From Phoronis australis (taxonomy: Eukaryota > Animalia > Phoronida), in assembly GCA_002633005.1 (NCBI GenBank), contig NMRA01000016.1:1717766-1781765 (forward strand): a stretch of DNA of 64,000 nt, written 5' to 3'. The notes under the pieces were generated by a model that had not been told where the DNA came from, did no database searches, and saw only the letters and a program-made list of their open reading frames with translations. How positions within the stretch are numbered: position 1 is the stretch's first letter; every line of letters begins with the position of its first letter. Shown in pieces: positions 1 to 11,730 of the stretch. Made by a program: the position numbers and the translations under genes.

Positions 1-525
1 GATAATTTATTGCCCTTAGTTCACAGTTTGTAAACCCAATATTAAAGCAATAAGTTTGAGTTTGAACTCGAAATTTCGAGTTTTTACTCGAGTTTGTAGC
101 ACGAATATAAGGGTCTTCAAGGGCAAACTTGAACTAGAAACTCCTATGCATAAACTATAATGTATTCGAGCACAGTCTGATAACCAATTATCTTAAGTTC
201 GCACAAAAGGAACATAGAAATTGCCAAAAACAGTTTCGAGTTCGTTTCGAGTACAAAGATTAGAGACCGGGCCCAGGTCGTGAGTTCGAGTCTGTGTTTT
301 TTTTCCCTTTTTTTCTTGGATAATACATCAGAAATCAAGGAAAATGCTTGATTTTTAGAGGAAAAAACAGAAAAATTTCCTGGGCGGGAGGGGGGCAAAC
401 CCCCCTCCCGACCTCCCCCCATTCGGTGCTATGCGCATCTACACTGTACAATCGTGGTTTGCGCAAATGCTCACAGCTGGACAAGATGTTGGCCCCCCCC
501 TTGTGATATCCTAGATCCGCCACTG

Positions 526-3500
526 GGCCATCACATGGTATCGTGCGATGACAAACGGAAAAACTCGCCTTTGCCAATTGTACGGACTATGGTCGATGTT
601 TGTTGATTTCAGAGTACCTAGAACCCGGCTGAGTGAGGTGTCTATTAGAGGCTTAACAGTATTTTGGGTTCATATTAAGTTCCTCGTTGTCCACGTATAA
701 TCCTTAAGCTTAGACGTATGGGTGTTGTACTGTTGACTGAGGTCGTTTTCGGCATTTCATGATGCAACTTCACTGAAATCTTAGATTCAACGTCAAGTTG
801 TTAAGTGAATATTTACAACTTAAAAATAAACTTTAAGTGCTGAACTCAGCTAAAGTATGTTGGCCATCAGGTCGCTGTTGACTGGAAGAAGACTTCCGCG
901 ATGTCCTTTAGTGTTCAGTTGCAATTGTTTTGTACACATGAAAAGTGGCTTGCACAAAGAAAGCGTTTGTAGCAATTAAGAGTCACGTCTAACTTTCTGG
1001 GATTTTTCACTCAAATATTGCTTAAACAGTGTCTGATGAGCTAGCTTTGGGTTCTAACCAGTTCATGCGAGGATTTTCGATGGTTGTTGATCCAAGTTAT
1101 ACCAATGCTTTCTAACTGAACGACAATTTTTACTTAATTAAGGGATGGGTCCAGCTACGTTGAAGTTAAGGAAAAAGTTAAGGAAAGCCTTAGCTAGATA
1201 AAGGAAACATTCGTGACTTGAGGAAAATTTTAATTTTTCTGAATATAAAGATAAACAAGGAAATTAACAAGAGATGAGGAAAACAACACAACTCAGGAAA
1301 AACTCAAAGTACATCCTCTGGTCTTTAGTTTGATTTGATTTGAAATTGAAACCGCCAGACGGCCATTTGGGCTTGATCTCCTTCGCGACTGAAACAGATT
1401 CGCAGTGACAAGCAATTTAATTGGGCATGTCTCAATGCTGGTAGTTCTCTAAAAGAATAGAAGTCAAAATAATCGTAGTACAAGGCACACTTTAAGCTGA
1501 GATCGATTTGATACCTGAATGTGACCTAATTGAAAATTGGTTTTTGGCAGAGGGCCTGAGTTTATCGTCGCTTTAATTTGCCAAACGCTACAATCAATAA
1601 CGTCAAGAGCCCAGGGCAATGATAGCGAAGTATTACAATAAAAACCTGTGTTACATCCTCTATACATATCTAGTGAAAACGTATGTACAGGAATCTGTAA
1701 CAGACGAGAATAAAAGGGAAAACTATTTGGGTCCACCAAAGAAGTTCAAAATTGTCAAACTTTGGCTTGCGGTTGTCATTAATTTCGATCTGCCAATGTC
1801 ACCATAGATCACCAGCACCAGAAAAGGTATCGCTTTCGCAACAGTTTCTCACACCCGGCACCACCCAAGCGTTGCAAATTAGGGGGAAAGGGGTGGAGTG
1901 CACGTGCCTCCCAGCTGCCTACGGTCCTGTATAATAACATTCCTTTGTTCAAAGTCTAGTTGTAGAACGTGACGTCATTGTAATTTTAACTTTGCTCAAT
2001 ACTCCAATTTGATTACAATACTTATCTCGTGATAAGAAATATCGTCACACGATTCTAAATCTCTACCGTCAGCAGCGACGATTTCGACTTTACATCGCGT
2101 AACAATTTTCCCAAATTTACAATGTAATTCCGCTGCCATATATTGAACGCTTCATACAGATTATGCATTTCGCTATCAAACTACAATTGATGAAGTTCAA
2201 ACGTTTCTTCGAGCAAAACTGGTCAAGAAAATTGATCATGGCAATTGCTTGAATTAGTTTAATTTTAAACAAATTGGTTTTTAAAAATGAATGTGTTGGG
2301 AGTCAGTTGACGATTAATGACAGAATTCGTTTTACATTAATTTTCATTAAACTTTCAGGGTATAGTTGACCCGTTTGAGGTCAACGGCATAGTTTTCTGC
2401 GGAGCGACAGCCTGTTCCAGGCGGAGAATATCAGAATTAATACCCAATCTTGTTACACGACCAAACGATGTTCTTTTGGCGGGTTATCCTAAGTGCGGCA
2501 ACCATTGGATGAAATACATTCTGGCCCTGATGCATTCCGAAGACGACTTCGACAAGGTTAATCAGTCATTTATTGGCGAACAGGTCGAATTTTTGGAGGT
2601 CGTCAGTTCTCGCAATGGCGAGAGTGACGATGATGCGATTGCGCGTTGGGAGGCATCAACGAAACCGCGTCTGTGGAACACCCATCTTCCATGGAATATG
2701 CTGCCGTCTAGCGTTCACGAGGGAAAGTGCAAAGTTATCCTCATGCTTCGAAATCCAAAGGACTTGTTAGTAAGCTATTATAATTTCCACAAATCATTTG
2801 TTTTGCTTGGTTGCTACCAAGGTACATTTTCGGATTTCCTTGATGTTTTTTTTAGTGATAAGGGTCTGGCTTTTGGCAACTATTTTGATTTGTACAAAAG
2901 TTATTGGAAACATCAATCAAACGAAAACATTCTTACTGTACATTTCGAAGACCTTTTAAAAGATTTGCGAGGTCAAATCAAACGAATAGCGGAATTTTTA
3001 GGGAGAAACCTGTCCGGAGATCAAATTGACAAAATTTCTAAGATGACGTCCTTTGCCGAAATGAAGAAGAGTGGTGCTATGGCATTGTGGGAAAATATGC
3101 CCGAGCAGTACCTCATCAAAGAAGTGTCACCGTTCATGAGAAAGGGTGTGAAAGGTGACTGGAAAAACGTGTTCACAGTTGCTGATAACGAGAGATTTGA
3201 CAAGGAATATAAGTCAAAAATGGCGGACATTAATATTGAAACAAGACATTGACATAAGTATTGTAGACGCTGACGGTTCATTAAAAAGACTGCATGTTAA
3301 TAGTCAATACTAGAAGAGAACTGGTGCGCATGAGTAGTTCAGTGCTGTCGTACATACAGTTTTCAAAATGTTTCGGTGTATTCAAGAGATTGCATTTTAG
3401 ATGAAATTTAGACACGTGGTGTAAACAGCATACAAACAATTAGTTGATATCAAGTACAAGCTAATAATTAACAGTCTATTATAAAAGTGCTTACAGCTGT

Positions 3501-3750
3501 ACTATTGGTGACGGGTATTGAAATAAGCCAATTGTAGAACGAGATGAATATTTTGTAACATTGTATTTTGATGAAAAAAACATTGACTTTTTTATCCGAA
3601 ATTTTGTAGCTACTAAATAAATCTTTAAGGGAATTATAGAAAATCAATGTGTTCAAGCAAAAATGTTTACTAACCTCGACACAGTATTTAGTAAACTCAC
3701 CTCTCACAAATTGTCCCGTTGAGACCACAATTATTTTCTATGTGGTATTT
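526..3750 (+). repeat. Tandem duplication unit 1 (intron + SULT exon + 3' flank)
   Basis: Homology to 11731-15680 begins at ggccatcacatggtatcgt and runs, with indels, through the exon to ttgt(c/t)ccgtt...gtggtattt. Confidence 0.85.
2359..3252 (+). CDS. Cytosolic sulfotransferase (SULT1-like, Sulfotransfer_1), copy 1; large terminal coding exon (297 aa); first exon not identified
   Basis: Acceptor ttttcattaaactttcag|GGT at 2358/2359, in frame with the ORF: GIVDPFEVNG...RPNDVLLAGYPKCGNHW (5'-PAPS loop), LWNTHLP (catalytic His), RNPKDLLVSYY (3'-PAPS motif), FEDLLKD, FMRKGVKGDWKNVFTVADNE (RKGxxGDWK plus KxxxTVxxxE dimerisation motif). Stop TGA ends at 3252. Confidence 0.93.
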   Translation, partial: GIVDPFEVNGIVFCGATACSRRRISELIPNLVTRPNDVLLAGYPKCGNHWMKYILALMHSEDDFDKVNQSFIGEQVEFLEVVSSRNGESDDDAIARWEASTKPRLWNTHLPWNMLPSSVHEGKCKVILMLRNPKDLLVSYYNFHKSFVLLGCYQGTFSDFLDVFFSDKGLAFGNYFDLYKSYWKHQSNENILTVHFEDLLKDLRGQIKRIAEFLGRNLSGDQIDKISKMTSFAEMKKSGAMALWENMPEQYLIKEVSPFMRKGVKGDWKNVFTVADNERFDKEYKSKMADINIETRH

Positions 3751-4103
3751 AGTTTCAGAACATGCTGTCCGTCAAGTATAGCTGCGCCATCTATTGAGTG
3801 TTGCTAGTAATAACTATCAGTGCATCGAAACCCTCGCCAGGATTATGAGTAACTACTGACCAATCTGAACGTAGCCTTCGTCTGCGTTTCCAAGCCGCCA
3901 TTTTACCCGACAAACACTATGTTGTCTTGTAAAACTCATTTAGTATATAGCTCACGAAATTGTGCGATAAGAATGGTGAAACGGTGTTGATATGGCGTTT
4001 GTCATCCCGACAGTCGCTATGCAGCTCGAGAAGAATATCCTGTGATTATTGGGCCTCTCCTGGGGCGAAGAGGGATGTCTAAATGTGTAAACTATGTGAA
4101 CAA

Positions 4104-4261
4104 CTGGCGTGCGTTCAGTAGATGTTAGGACCTACGCTAGGACCTAACTAAAACCTAGTCAAAGTCACGTGTTCTTATTTAAAATACACGGCAATATCTC
4201 ACGTAATCTCGCGAAGTCTTGCTTTTTAGCGAGGTCCTAGCGTTACTGAACGGGAGGCTGG
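4104..4261. mobile_element. ~150-bp MITE family copy 1 (TIR CGTTCAGTAACGCTAGGACC)
   Basis: Near-identical, reverse-oriented copy of 20523-20671 and 35884-36031. Confidence 0.8.
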
Positions 4262-7200
4262 ACTTGGCAATTTTGCTTGATTACTCGAAGGTTAAACACA
4301 AATACTATTTGTTCCAAGAAAAGCTCTTTTCAGTTTGTTGGCTATTGCGTAGGTTTATCTGATTTTGACTCTGGAGTTTCACCCGCCTGCTCGCATTTGT
4401 CTCGGCAAATGCTGGAACTCAGCATTAGTCTAGCTGTAGTCCCCGGAAACTGTTGTTTTTAAGGATTGTTTTTATTATTTTTCATTTATTTCGGCCTAAT
4501 GGACATCGTTTTTTTCGTAGCAGATGTACATTTTTGTTATTCATATACTTGTAGGCTGGCGTTCAACTGAATCTCTCTCCAAAAATTGCCTTGTTCGAGC
4601 AGTTAAGACGAAAAAATAAACAGTTGAATTACTTTTTGGTGGAAACCTCTAGTATACACTTCGACTGTAGATTTAGAGAGAGCTTATTTTGAAGTTGTTC
4701 AAGCATGATATTTAGATTGATGAAGCTTTAGAAAAATTTGATTTATTCTCCTTTTGTAAATAGCCACTACACTTTTCTGCACTACACCCGAGACTTGTCA
4801 TCTTTTGTAACCATATCACAGCTTAATGATCATGCTACGTCCAAAATTAACTGAAAGCTACTTAGCTACCTTTTGTGCAATGAAACTACAAAAATGCGAA
4901 GTTCATCAGACGGTAGATCTTATTTGTGCGATTACGGCCAATTCCATGCATTAATTTTACTTGGCACAGCCCTAGACCTACTGGAGTTAGCAGCTTGCCT
5001 AGCACAAGATGAAGGTGTATTTGTGCTGTGAACCTGATTTTTTTAATCAAAATATTTCGTTTGAAGATTACAAAAAGCGTAAACACTGCTATCGACTTGA
5101 CATACTTTACTCGGGGAGTTCCACCAGTTGTGACCTACTTTTCATCCGGCGGAATTTAGCAGACGGCAGAATAAAAATATCGGTGAATCTTCACTGACTT
5201 TATTCGAAAGATCCTGAAATCTACCGTGTCGTACAGATAATTTGACTTTAAGGTACATACCCAGCTTTTCATGAACATATCGCATCAGTGGCCTTGTCAT
5301 TTGTCAGGCGAAGGTGAACCCTTGGGATTCTTCGGGTTTTCGCTGGCTCCGAAATTGTTTTACTCGAACATATATATTTTCATCATCGGCTTTACAAATT
5401 CCCACATTATGAACGTACGATTCTGTGCTGAAAAGCATCGGCTATTGTCTTTGTCGAAGCCTTTCCGGTTAGTGCAAAAAAGACTTATCGATTCCACCTG
5501 GAACGTCGTTTAGCGACAATGTATTTGCCTCTGACATCTTGCTTGTTTGTCGGGTGTCACGTGACTTTTCTCAAGGAGTCGGAGCTTGCTATAGGTCAAT
5601 TACAAAATGACTTAGCCACCACAATAACTTTCTTGTTAATTCTCCTTCATTCTCGGTCATGAAGGAGATCTACTAATCAAAACTTTCAAATTTAGCTTTG
5701 ATGGCAAAGTCATGTTAGAAGCTAAAACTTACGGAGTAATAAACGTTTTAAGTTGGGATTACTGTCTTTAAATTTTCGTTATGATAATGAGGTGACTAAG
5801 TAGGTAATTCCATGTCGCTAAGTAAGCACACTAACACTGGTACATATCTGGCCAATATGATTACATTAACCAATGAAAAGCAGGGTCACATACAGAGAAC
5901 AACATAAAGCTGCGTAGCTCTAATGCAGTAGATTTGCGTAAATTAAGAACTAAAACCAAAGACTAGTATGTGTCAAAACCAGTCACAAAGAGTTGCCATG
6001 GCAACTACTTGTTTTCAATGTGACCCTGGTCGTAGGTTTGACCCCTCCCCCGGTCGCCATTCATTTAGAGCCACCTTGCATGGGTGTCACCTATACCACC
6101 GGTAGTCACCTACTTTTCTCCTCAGTCGCCACCTCATTCCAGCATCCGCACCCTTCTTCTGGCGCCCATTAGCAACTGTCCCACTCCCACGCTACAACGA
6201 TGGGACACATGAAAATGTAGGAATCTCGGACAAACTATACATCTACTGGCAGTGGCGTAGCCAAAGAGGAGAAGGCACACGTGAGCCATGACACCCCTGT
6301 TCATTCCAAAATAAGACCCCCGGTCAAAAATAAACCAATTTTAAGTTTTTGGAAAGTGTGCGCAAATTGCTCTTCCCCCATCGGCAACTACACCCCTAAT
6401 TTGGGCATGCTGTTGATTACTTCTCAGTACCACCATGGTAACTAGGGCAACCTATTCAATTTCTCTGAAATTCAGAATCAGTGTTACTATTTTGGATATT
6501 TCAATTATCCTGAAAGTAGCAAAACAATACATGACTGATTTTGGTCTGTGATACAACATCCGTGGATGACAATGTTTGCCGAAATAAAACCTTGACTTGC
6601 TCATCTGTCGTAGATGTCAAATCTATTGAAATGCTTGGCTGAATGTTTTTCGTGATTAATCAACGATATACACTATTCAACACCAGGAATTCCAGTAAGT
6701 CGAAATCATCTTCCAAGAGTGACGGTCAAATCCAGAGACCGTAGAGAGGGAGACAAGACTGCTAGCGAAATCCCATTGGACTATCACTGGCAGCCATTGC
6801 TGTTTCATGGACCGTAGAGACATCTAGCGGGCTGATACTCCTGACTATGGCAGATTTTAGTTTGTTAAATTCAAAACTGTGAAGTGTCTTTGTTTAAAAT
6901 ATTGAGAACAAAAAGATGAGCAGAGTATTGGAAAAATACCGAGAAAATCAAGAAAAACAGTTGGGCAGCAAGTGTGATATAAATTGCTAGAAATACATCA
7001 TAAATAAGCAAGAGGGTGTGTCTCAGTAATCAGAGGTGAGCAGGTGAGAGTAGGTGATTAGAGGGTGGGCAGGTACAGGGCCTGTAGGATTTTGTCCAAG
7101 GGGGGGCGGGTCAGGGAAGTAATAAACATAAGAGAGATCTGCTGAAGAAGAGGTAGGAGCAAAAACGGNTCGATCAACCAAAAGGTTGGGGGTGGAGATA

Positions 7201-7713
7201 GCTTTCTGCCCCACAATATTCCAGGTATTGATATCAATTAATTATAAAACTTTCAACACACAAACTATGTTTTAAAATAAAATGAAAAATTAACAGACTC
7301 TCCTCCCCCAACCATCAATTATTTCCTACATGTACGCCAATGTTCAAAAACTGCCCCCGTACGCCATCCAAACACGGGTCCAGATCTTTGTTTCGAACAT
7401 GCACACGTTACGACATTCTACACTCAAACAGGGGGAGGGGTCTGTGCCCAGTTACACGAAACAGTCTCAAATAGCCACTCAGCAGGGGCAGATGTAGGAC
7501 TTTGTAGAAGGGGGGTCGGATCAGAGACTTTTAAAAAAATGGTGGTCCAAGTCAACAATTTGGAAAATTCTGGATTTGATATCACTAAAATCAAGCGAAA
7601 ATGAGATCCGGACCCTTTGACTTCCCCAGCCCCTGCATGTACCTGTGCTCAACTTGGTTTACCTAAAGCTTTTGCATATTTGTTTGGTTCTCTATTCACA
7701 GTTGTTATATTTT

Positions 7714-10700
7714 TGTTATATTTTGGATGGTTATAAGAGACACTAGATAAACACAGATTGACTAGGAAAAGTATATGTGTGTTTTTTTCCAATATGGCTC
7801 AGACCGGAAGAAAAGGGAGAGAGCTCTCTAGTTCAGGAAATAGAGTATATAAAATGATAGTCCATAGACACTGGTAGAGTCCACCGAGGACGGTTTAATA
7901 CAATGACATCCCCCTTTCTGTAAAAGCTTTGACCATAGTCGTCGGATGGATATCAGGTGAAAATAGTCCACTGGCTGAAATAGTTTATAGCTACACATAA
8001 GTTTTGTTTATTGATTAGAATACATGTATGTCATGACTAACTAATGATACATAAATGATGCATTATCTACAAATAACTAACTGCCTGGACAGTGAGTGGA
8101 CTATCACTGCCTCTACAATCATACAAGGATTATTCTGCCTTATTGTATGATGTAGCTGGAAGAACAGTACTAAATAGCTAAATATGTAAATCTTACAGTC
8201 CAGCGTAGCTGGTGGTCGACTGGCACGACCAGATTGTGTCACGTAGACTCTTGGTTGGGTAGTTGGGTTTCTTTTGCTTGAAAGCTGAAGCTGAGGCTGA
8301 GGCTCTTTGTTGATAACAGGTTTGTCTGTAGACACGAGATGATTTGATGTAGTTGGTGGAGATTGAGCTCTTTCACGTATGGTTGGACAGGGCTCAATGA
8401 CCTTTGTTGTGGGTTTCTCTACAGTGGGTGCGTTATGGCGCGGTCTTAGATGAAAACGATTTCTACGAAAGAAACGATTTGTTCGGCTACATTGGATAGA
8501 GTATGATCTTGGCTCTGAGTACCGTGTGGAATAGTCTGATATGAGAAGGTATTCGCAGCCGTGGAGTTGAAACAAATCACCACTGAGTGTGTGCCACGGA
8601 ACATTTGATACGTCTTGGCTGATTGATTCGAAGGGCTACTTCGATTGAGATCACTGATATTGTTGGCAGGTTTGACAACTACAAACTAAGATGGTTATGT
8701 CGTCGGAAATCCCACAACAGAAAACAAGGTCTTTGGCAAGCTGTTGACACCGTGTGATGCCTTGATGTCCTTCAAGAATTTTGCCAGATGAATTTGTTGA
8801 TGACGCGTTTCCCATTCAGGCTCAGTTCGTATCTGAAAACTCCAGTATGGCCGGAGACTTGCTGGGAGTTCTCTCATGTTACTTGATAAACCGGTACTTA
8901 TGATCTCCCTCAACAATGAAAGTTGGACATCTTTTTGTGTCTTGGAACGAATTACATTCAGTCGCTCAGATGAGAACTGAACAAAACAGACTTGTATGTC
9001 GACGTGGATTTCACGATCCGTGGATGTCTTTGGTAGACGCGACAGGCTGTCAGCTAATAACATTTCTTTATTTAATGGTATAATCATGCCTCTGTAGTCG
9101 TAGAAGACGTTGGGGACAAGATGGGGATGCAGACAGGGTTTTCTTCGTGTTTACTTCTAGGGGCTTGCAATCAGACTCCAAAGTAAACGGACTTCCATAT
9201 ATGTATGCGTGGAATCGTTTGGCATCAAAAACACATGCTAACAATTCGCGCTCAATGTTAGCATATCACTGTTCAGTTGGTGTTACGCTTTTGAAGGCAA
9301 AGGCTATCGGCTTCTGAGGGCAGCTCCCAAGGATGTCTGTGACGCATCGACTTGGATTGTAGTTGGTTCTTTTGGATTGAAATATCGTAAGCTACTAGCA
9401 CGTTGGATGATAGACTTCACTTTGTCAAAAACCTGTTGGTGTTCTGGGCACCGCTGATAATCGGCATCTCTTCCAGGAGCTGTCGTAGTGGTCCTGATGT
9501 GTTGCCCATCATAGGAACATATGGTGCCAAGTACGTAACCGTTCCAAGAAAGAACTGTAGTTCAGTGACGTTGGAAGGTTCTTTGAGTTCGAATGATGCT
9601 TGTACCTTCTTGGGGTCTGGTCGAACACCATCTTTGGAGTAAATGTTTCCGAAGGTGAATGAGCTTTCAGGAATCTTGATCATGCCCTTCCTTGGATTGA
9701 ACACAAGGCCCATCTTGCGAGCTCTATGCATCAGCGCATGAAGATTGTCGTTGTGCTCTTGACCATTGATGCCAAATACTGTGGTGACGTCCACTATAGA
9801 TATGAAGCTCTGTAAACCTGTAAGTATTTCGTCCATGGCTGCTTGAAACTGATCTTGGCTTGTTCGCAATCCAAACGGAAGTCGATGGAAACAAAACCGG
9901 GCTGTTAAATGTGGTAAGGAGCTGGCTCTCTGCATCGAGTTGGACAGAGCAGTACCCGGACTTGTCGTCGAACTTGGAAAACACAGTTGCGCTTAGGAAT
10001 TTGTGCGTTGTTTCTTCCAAGGTAGGAATATAATGCTGTCACTGTTTTAAAGTTAATGTCAAGTCCTTGGGGTCAAGACATATACGCAAACTGCCATCTG
10101 ATTTTTGGATGTATGTGATGCTAGATACCCAGTCAGTGGGCTCATCTATCTTCCGGATGACACCGAGGGTCTCCATCTGGTTTGACTCTGTCTTGATTTT
10201 ATCTCTTAGCTGAACACGCACTCGTCTGGGTTGGTGTTTCACAGGTCAATGAGGGTAAGTTTACATGGTTTTGCAAACTTACCTATTCCGTCAAATCTTT
10301 CAGGGTAGCACCGTCTGAGGTTTTCGTTACTGTTAATGATGTGTCTTGGTGGAACCGAACAATTGACTGTGATGTGGCCAAGGGTTTGGCACAACTTTTT
10401 ACGTCAGTTACTAACAAATCTAAGCATTTTTTGGCACACGCTTGTCAATATGAGTGACCCCCGGGTCGACATTCGACCATTGGACTCTCGAACAACCGGG
10501 CATGCATATTATCTTTCGCAGGCTGCTTGTGTTTTTTTAGCCGTGACTCGTTGATAAACAGCCATTTGGTGTAGAAGCGTGTGGGAACTAGTGCAGCGTT
10601 TCTTATCGTCACCAATACTTCGTCGTTACAGGTATGTTGGCTTTCGTTAGGTGCACTCGTTATTAGTATGTAAATTTGTGTCACACTTGTTTCACTGTTT

Positions 10701-10750
10701 TTCGAACTGCCACCGTTTCACTGGCTGGCCTACTCTTGGGGACTATGACT
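7714..10750 (-). mobile_element. Degenerate Ty3/Gypsy LTR retrotransposon (pol relic, PPT, putative 3' LTR)
   Basis: Frameshifted minus-strand ORFs: RT (IDEPTDWVSSITYIQKSDGSLRICLDPKDL; FSKFDDKSGY; RLPFGL; decayed YxDD; PDPKKVQA; LQFFLGTVTYL), RNase H/linker (LADSLSRLP, LRPYW), integrase fragment (YLLISDY) and C-terminal YVTQSGRASRPP. Polypurine tract GAAAGGGGGA is followed by TG at 7908, the candidate 3' LTR start, running to about 7714. No 5' LTR seen; element sequence may extend to ~11600. Confidence 0.88.
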
Positions 10751-11730
10751 CCCGATCACACCTGGGTCTCGATTATAATGACTATAATATATTTTGCTTT
10801 CAGAAATCTATCTAGGAACAAAATGTCCATTGAAGAAAACCTCGATCAGTATTACAAGGTGAGTATTATCGGTTCTGCGTTTTGTACGTTCCCGAGATAA
10901 CCCAGGGCTCATTCGCTGACGCCACGCATACTGTAGCATGTGAAGGCCCCCCAGTCAGTCTAGAGGCTCTGTGCACGAGACAACCCGCGACACAGCTATG
11001 GTCTGACCAAGCCACAGTCAGTTTCTCACGAGTGAAAGATGAAGGTTTCGTGAATAGGCTCTGCTTAGTCACCTACCGTAGCAAATTGGCTGCGACTATG
11101 GTGAGGGGGAGGGGTTGTTACGAACCATTTTTATCCCTCGAAACCCCGGTCGCCACCAGTTTCAAACCATAACCCTCTATTCAAAATGTCTGCAATCAGA
11201 CTGGTTCATCAAGAAAGACACGTGCTGGCTAAGTTTTCTTCTTTAAGTATCTAACTTGATTTTTAGTTCTTACGCAGCTTAAAGTACACATAATCGCGGT
11301 GGTAATCAATCACGAAATCGTTCTGAAGACACTGAAGTAGAATTGTAATCACTAGTGTATAACAATGGAGCAAGGGTGTCACACTTGGCCCGGTTCCCGT
11401 TCATAGTAGAAGCCCCCCGGCTGGTCGAGACACACGTCAATATAGCGCTTGGCTCTTCAACTCAGGTCAATTTCGCGTTTGGCCTCCTGTGTTGTGCAGC
11501 ACTGAATGCTGCACTAGTGCTTATAAAGAACCACACTACACAGTCCCTTTACACTGACATTATATTCTTCACATCTACTGTTGAAAGTTGCTGTAAACAG
11601 GGCTCGCGATGTTGTGAAACGCCATTTTTCTTACAGGCGTATTATATTTTGCCCGTATAAAATCGGTCTCTGTTAGAGGGGGCGCTAATGAGAGACCCGG
11701 CGTTTATTACTTACTTTCGGTCCCACCGTA

